Below, in pieces: positions 59,650 to 64,000 of a stretch of 64,000 bases of DNA. Position 1 is the first letter of the stretch. Each line of letters opens with the position of its first letter. Under the pieces are notes generated by a model, which was not told the DNA's origin, ran no database searches, and saw nothing but the letters and a program-made list of their open reading frames with translations. The position numbers were made by a program, and so were the translations under genes. This DNA is from an uncultured Collinsella sp. (GTDB lineage Bacteria; Actinomycetota; Coriobacteriia; Coriobacteriales; Coriobacteriaceae): positions 10,520-74,519 of the forward strand of contig CABPWH010000001.1 in NCBI GenBank assembly GCA_902461085.1, in the 5' to 3' direction.

Positions 59650-59661
59650 CTAAGGAGTCCC

Positions 59662-60465
<804 letters not shown>

Positions 60466-60557
60466 TCGGTGCGACTAGTCCCAAGCTGATCGGACCTGGT
60501 CCGGTGTGTATTCACTGTGCGGGCGGCATGACCGCACCCAACTGATTGGAGTGAACC

Positions 60558-61415
60558 ATGCGCAAACTGTTTTCCCGTCAGCTCGTCGAGGCCCGTCACG
60601 AGATGCTGAGCATCTATGAGGCCGTCGATCTGGCCCTCCACGATGCCGTGAAGGCCTATGTGACCGACGACCGCAAGCTCGCCACCAAGACCAAGAAGCG
60701 CACGCTTTCGATTGACGCGCGCTGCGCCAACCTGGAGGCCGTCTGCTACAACCTGATCGCCACGCAGTCACCGGTCGCCTCCGACTTCCGCCTGCTTCAG
60801 ACGATCATCTACGTCGACTTTAACCTGCAGCGCATGACCGATAAGGTCCGTCAGATCTGCCGCGCCACGCGTCATATGATCAAGGCTGACATCTCGCTGC
60901 CCAAGGAGCTTGTCGGCACGGTCGAGGCCGAGGCTGAGGCCGTCTACCAGGTGCTGGGCTCTTCGCTTTCTGCGCTCGTCACCAATGACATGTCCATCAT
61001 TTGCAACTTGGCCGTCGAGGACGAGCCGGTGCACGCTGCCTACGAGAAGTTCTTCCGCACCTTTAACCGTATGGATACGGGCGACTTTATGGACGACGAC
61101 AGCAACTATGACGACCTGCGCCGCGCCATCATGGTTTCGCGCTACCTCGATCGCATCGCCTCGATTTCCATCGATGCCGCCTGCCGTCTGACTTTCCTGT
61201 TGACTGGTCAGCGCATGAATGCCGGCGATATCGCCCGCACTGATGAGGATGAGCTCGAGAGCATGCGCGTGCCTTCGGGCGAGGGCGTTATCATGAGGCC
61301 CGCCGTCGACGCTCGCTACGTTGCCAAGGTGCCCGTTAACGAGGTCGGCGAGGGTCTTCGCTATCTGCTCGATCATCTTGAGGACGAGGACGATGGCGAG
61401 GACGACGAGGAGTAA
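60558..61415 (+). CDS. phoU: PhoU-family phosphate signalling regulator with an acidic C-terminal tail
   Basis: Two PhoU repeats; C-terminus EDEDDGEDDEE. Confidence 0.85.
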   Translation: MRKLFSRQLVEARHEMLSIYEAVDLALHDAVKAYVTDDRKLATKTKKRTLSIDARCANLEAVCYNLIATQSPVASDFRLLQTIIYVDFNLQRMTDKVRQICRATRHMIKADISLPKELVGTVEAEAEAVYQVLGSSLSALVTNDMSIICNLAVEDEPVHAAYEKFFRTFNRMDTGDFMDDDSNYDDLRRAIMVSRYLDRIASISIDAACRLTFLLTGQRMNAGDIARTDEDELESMRVPSGEGVIMRPAVDARYVAKVPVNEVGEGLRYLLDHLEDEDDGEDDEE

Positions 61416-61452
61416 GCAACCCCGTTCGTCGAAAGATTGTAAATACCTAAGT

Positions 61453-61491
61453 GAGCGCGGCCTTGCACATGCGGGGCCGCGCTCTTGCGTT
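61453..61491 (+). terminator. Intrinsic terminator after phoU
   Basis: gagcgcggcc-N12-ggccgcgctc followed by ttgcgtt. Confidence 0.55.
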
Positions 61492-61534
61492 AGCATGGGA
61501 CTACTTGTTTGGCTGTCAGCGGAGGCGATTAGCA

Positions 61535-62272
61535 ATGGATAACTATTTGGACTTGATGCGCGCTCGCCGCGAGCAGATTCTTGAACGTTTTTATGCGGCG
61601 CTCGATCGCGCAGGCCGTCCCCACGACGCCGCGCGCCTCATTGCCGTGTCCAAGACCGTTGGTGTCGATGAGACCGTTGCCGCCATCCAGGCGGGGTATC
61701 GCCATTTTGCCGAGAATCGCCCGCAGGAGCTGGTTCGCAAGCTCACGGGTCTGGCGGAGCATCCGGAGCTGCCCGAGGTGCGCTTCGATATGATCGGCAA
61801 CCTGCAGACCAATAAGATCAATGCGGTGCTGGGCTCAGCCGAGCTGATTCACTCGGTGGGTTCGCTGCATCTGGCGCAGGCGATCTCGAGCCGTGCTGTC
61901 CGCAAGATTGAGGCAGGCGAGCTCGCCGGCCCCCAGCGTGTGCTCATCGAGGTCAATGTGAGTGGTGAGGAGTCGAAGGGAGGCTTTTCGCCCGATGAGA
62001 TTCGCGCCGCCGCGGGTGAGCTTGCGGAACTTGAGGGAATTTGCGTGCAGGGGCTTATGACTATGGCGCCCCGGGGGAATAAGGATGTGGCACGCCGCAC
62101 CTTTGCGGGGCTTCGTGAGCTGAGGGATGAGCTGGAGGCGACGCATCCCGATTTGAACCTGCCTGAGCTTTCCTGCGGCATGAGCGAGGACTTTGAGTCT
62201 GCCCTTGAGGAGGGCTCTACGCTCGTTCGCCTGGGCAGGGTAGTATTTAGCCCGGAGTTTGCAGTAAAATAA
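61535..62272 (+). CDS. ylmE: YggS/YlmE PLP-homeostasis protein
   Basis: LIAVSKTV PLP lysine, alanine-racemase N-domain fold. RBS ggagg. Confidence 0.85.
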   Translation: MDNYLDLMRARREQILERFYAALDRAGRPHDAARLIAVSKTVGVDETVAAIQAGYRHFAENRPQELVRKLTGLAEHPELPEVRFDMIGNLQTNKINAVLGSAELIHSVGSLHLAQAISSRAVRKIEAGELAGPQRVLIEVNVSGEESKGGFSPDEIRAAAGELAELEGICVQGLMTMAPRGNKDVARRTFAGLRELRDELEATHPDLNLPELSCGMSEDFESALEEGSTLVRLGRVVFSPEFAVK

Positions 62273-62332
62273 GGCTCTGAAGTGCGCACTGATTATCGGG
62301 GCGCCTGCACTAAACCGCGAGAGGACACAACC

Positions 62333-63055
62333 ATGGGCTTCCTTGACGAGATTAAAAATAAGATGCACCTGGGCGGCCAGCAGGGTTACGACCAGGGTTA
62401 TGGCCAGGACGACGACTACGGCTACGATGACGGCTATGACGACAGTTATCAGGGCAACGGCTACAGCGGTGCTTCGGGCGAGGGCTTCTACACCCAAGAC
62501 GAGCCGAGCAACGGCCTGCTTGGTCAGACGCGCCGCGGTGAAGCTGAGTCGGTTGCCGTGTATACGCGCTCCGGTCAGCTGGTCGGCGATGACTCCCGCC
62601 ATGCCACGACGTATAACCCGCCTTCGCGCTCGCAGGACAGTGTTGCGAGCGGTTATCGTCCTGGTGCCTATGACACGCCGTCGAGCTACGCCGAGAACAC
62701 CCGCGCCCGTGCCGCCGCTGCGCCCGCGCCTGCACCGAGCGATGCCTCGGCCTATGCGAGCAATATCATCAACGCCACACCGCAGCTGCCGGCCTATGTC
62801 CTGCGCCCCGAGAGCTATGACGACGTGGAGACCGTGGTGCGCCGCGTTCGCACCAAGCAGCCTGTCGCACTGATTTTTGTGGGCGTACGCACCGAAGTTG
62901 CCAAGCGCGTCTTGGACTTCTCTTACGGCTTTGCCTGCGGTCTGGGTGCCACGGTCAAGGAGGTGGGCGACCGCGTGTTCATGGTGCTGCCCGCCGGTTG
63001 CGAGGTCAAAGATTCCGATCTCAAGAAGCTTCGTGCCGACGGCTACCTTAAGTAA
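62333..63055 (+). CDS. sepF: Cell division protein SepF with a long disordered Y/G/D-rich N-terminal region
   Basis: C-terminal SepF domain (PVALIFVGVRTEVAKRVLDFSYGFACGLGATV). Confidence 0.85.
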   Translation: MGFLDEIKNKMHLGGQQGYDQGYGQDDDYGYDDGYDDSYQGNGYSGASGEGFYTQDEPSNGLLGQTRRGEAESVAVYTRSGQLVGDDSRHATTYNPPSRSQDSVASGYRPGAYDTPSSYAENTRARAAAAPAPAPSDASAYASNIINATPQLPAYVLRPESYDDVETVVRRVRTKQPVALIFVGVRTEVAKRVLDFSYGFACGLGATVKEVGDRVFMVLPAGCEVKDSDLKKLRADGYLK

Positions 63056-63154
63056 AGACAAGACGAGGAGATTCCCATCAACATCTACACTGTCGTCCAG
63101 CTGGTCAACACGCTGTTCAACTTCTATTCCACGCTCATTGTCGTCTACTGCTTT

Positions 63155-63358
63155 ATGACGTGGATTCCCATGAAGCAGGGTGGTTTGCTTCAGGATATTG
63201 CCGCGGTGCTTGATAGCGTGTGCGGTCCGTGGCTCAACCTGTTCCGTCGTTTCATCCCGCCGATGGGCGGTATCGATTTTTCGCCGGTCGTTGCGATTAT
63301 TGCGTTGCAGTTGGTGCAGAGGCTGGTTCTGCAGCTTCTTATAGGTATACTCGTGTAG
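63155..63358 (+). CDS. yggT: YggT-family membrane protein. The true start is probably upstream near 63068 with a non-ATG start codon
   Basis: The conserved YggT N-terminus (IYTVVQLVNTLFNFYSTLIVVYCFMTWIP) lies in-frame upstream of the first ATG. That reading frame is open back to the sepF stop codon but contains no ATG, GTG or TTG. Confidence 0.6.
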   Translation: MTWIPMKQGGLLQDIAAVLDSVCGPWLNLFRRFIPPMGGIDFSPVVAIIALQLVQRLVLQLLIGILV

Positions 63359-63419
63359 AACTGACTTAGTAACTTACGTCGGGCGTGTAGCGCCGAGGCG
63401 ATGAAAAAGGAGACTTGTT

Positions 63420-64000
63420 ATGGCTATTACCCCTGCAGACATCCAGGCTCAGACTTTCTCTGAGGCCAAGCGTGGCTACGATCCTACTGAGGTCGACGTC
63501 TTCTTGGAGACGCTGTCCTCCGAGGTCGACGCTATGCTCGCTAAGATCGTCGACCTTAAGGGTCGTCTGACTGCTACCGAGCAGCAGCTTGCCGATGCGC
63601 AGGCTCAGCTTGCCCAGGCTCAGGATGCCACCGCCCAGGCCGTTCCTGCCGCCCCCGTGGCTGCTCCCGCCCCTGACTTCTCCGCTCAGGAGCGCCAGAT
63701 TTCCGCTGCCCTGATCGCTGCCCAGCAGACCGCTGAGACCATCGTTAACGATGCCAACGAGAACGCTGAGCGTATCCGCAACGAGGCTGACGCCAAGGCT
63801 CGCGAGGTTATCCGCCAGGCTCTGACTGAGAAGCAGGCCGAGCTCGAGGAGATCGATCGTCTCAAGGCTTCCCGTGAGGAGTTCAAGGCCGAGTATCTTA
63901 AGCTCATCCAGCACTTCATGGACGATGCCCAGAACTCCTTCCCGGCCGACCTCATGGCCTCCACGCCGGTCGGTTCTGCCGCTTCTCCTGCAGTGACTGT
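63420..64000 (+). CDS. divIVA: DivIVA, partial (C-terminus beyond the window)
   Basis: MAITPADIQAQTFSEAKRGYDPTEVDVFLE... is the canonical DivIVA N-terminus. RBS aaggag. Confidence 0.85.
   Translation, partial: MAITPADIQAQTFSEAKRGYDPTEVDVFLETLSSEVDAMLAKIVDLKGRLTATEQQLADAQAQLAQAQDATAQAVPAAPVAAPAPDFSAQERQISAALIAAQQTAETIVNDANENAERIRNEADAKAREVIRQALTEKQAELEEIDRLKASREEFKAEYLKLIQHFMDDAQNSFPADLMASTPVGSAASPAVT

Overview
High-GC (about 60%) Gram-positive actinobacterial-type chromosome segment. Gene content points to Coriobacteriia (Collinsella/Olsenella-like): sepF instead of ftsA, LPXTG sorting signals, a D-aspartate ligase/racemase pair, and glycine/arginine/proline-rich tails on division proteins. 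The window is almost entirely core chromosome. Left part (1-27 kb): a MOSC-domain gene fragment, an ATP-grasp ligase plus aspartate racemase pair, a complete ECF transporter operon (S, fused A1A2, T) whose leader carries a Trp-Trp-Trp peptide followed by an intrinsic terminator, an LPXTG-anchored C69 dipeptidase, lipid kinase, RNase D, Zn-metallopeptidase, xseAB, a HIT gene, two tandem acetate kinase paralogs convergent with pta, glf plus a GT2 glycosyltransferase, an S58/DmpA peptidase, maf, a DJ-1 gene, rlmD and ppk1. Middle part (27-37 kb): an arginine deiminase locus in which two copies of the arcA coding sequence are 100% identical over about 1.27 kb while their AT-rich promoter regions are only about 75% identical; an aminotransferase sits between the copies and arcB plus a YfcC-family carrier follow. 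Then a 580-bp highly structured intergenic region, a DUF1846/UPF0371-like gene and a small HTH gene. Right part (37-64 kb): pyrG, xerD, then a complete dcw cluster (mraZ with upstream GTGGG direct repeats, rsmH, ftsL, ftsI, murF, mraY, murD, ftsW, murG, murC, murB, ftsQ, ftsZ). Unusually, it continues into pgeF-pstSCAB-phoU before ylmE, sepF, yggT and divIVA (truncated at the window end). No rRNA, tRNA, CRISPR, transposase or phage genes were recognised. The most notable non-genic signals are three very large nested perfect palindromes (125-240 bp) at convergent gene ends; they lack U-tracts, and one of them overlaps the 3' end of the GT2 gene.
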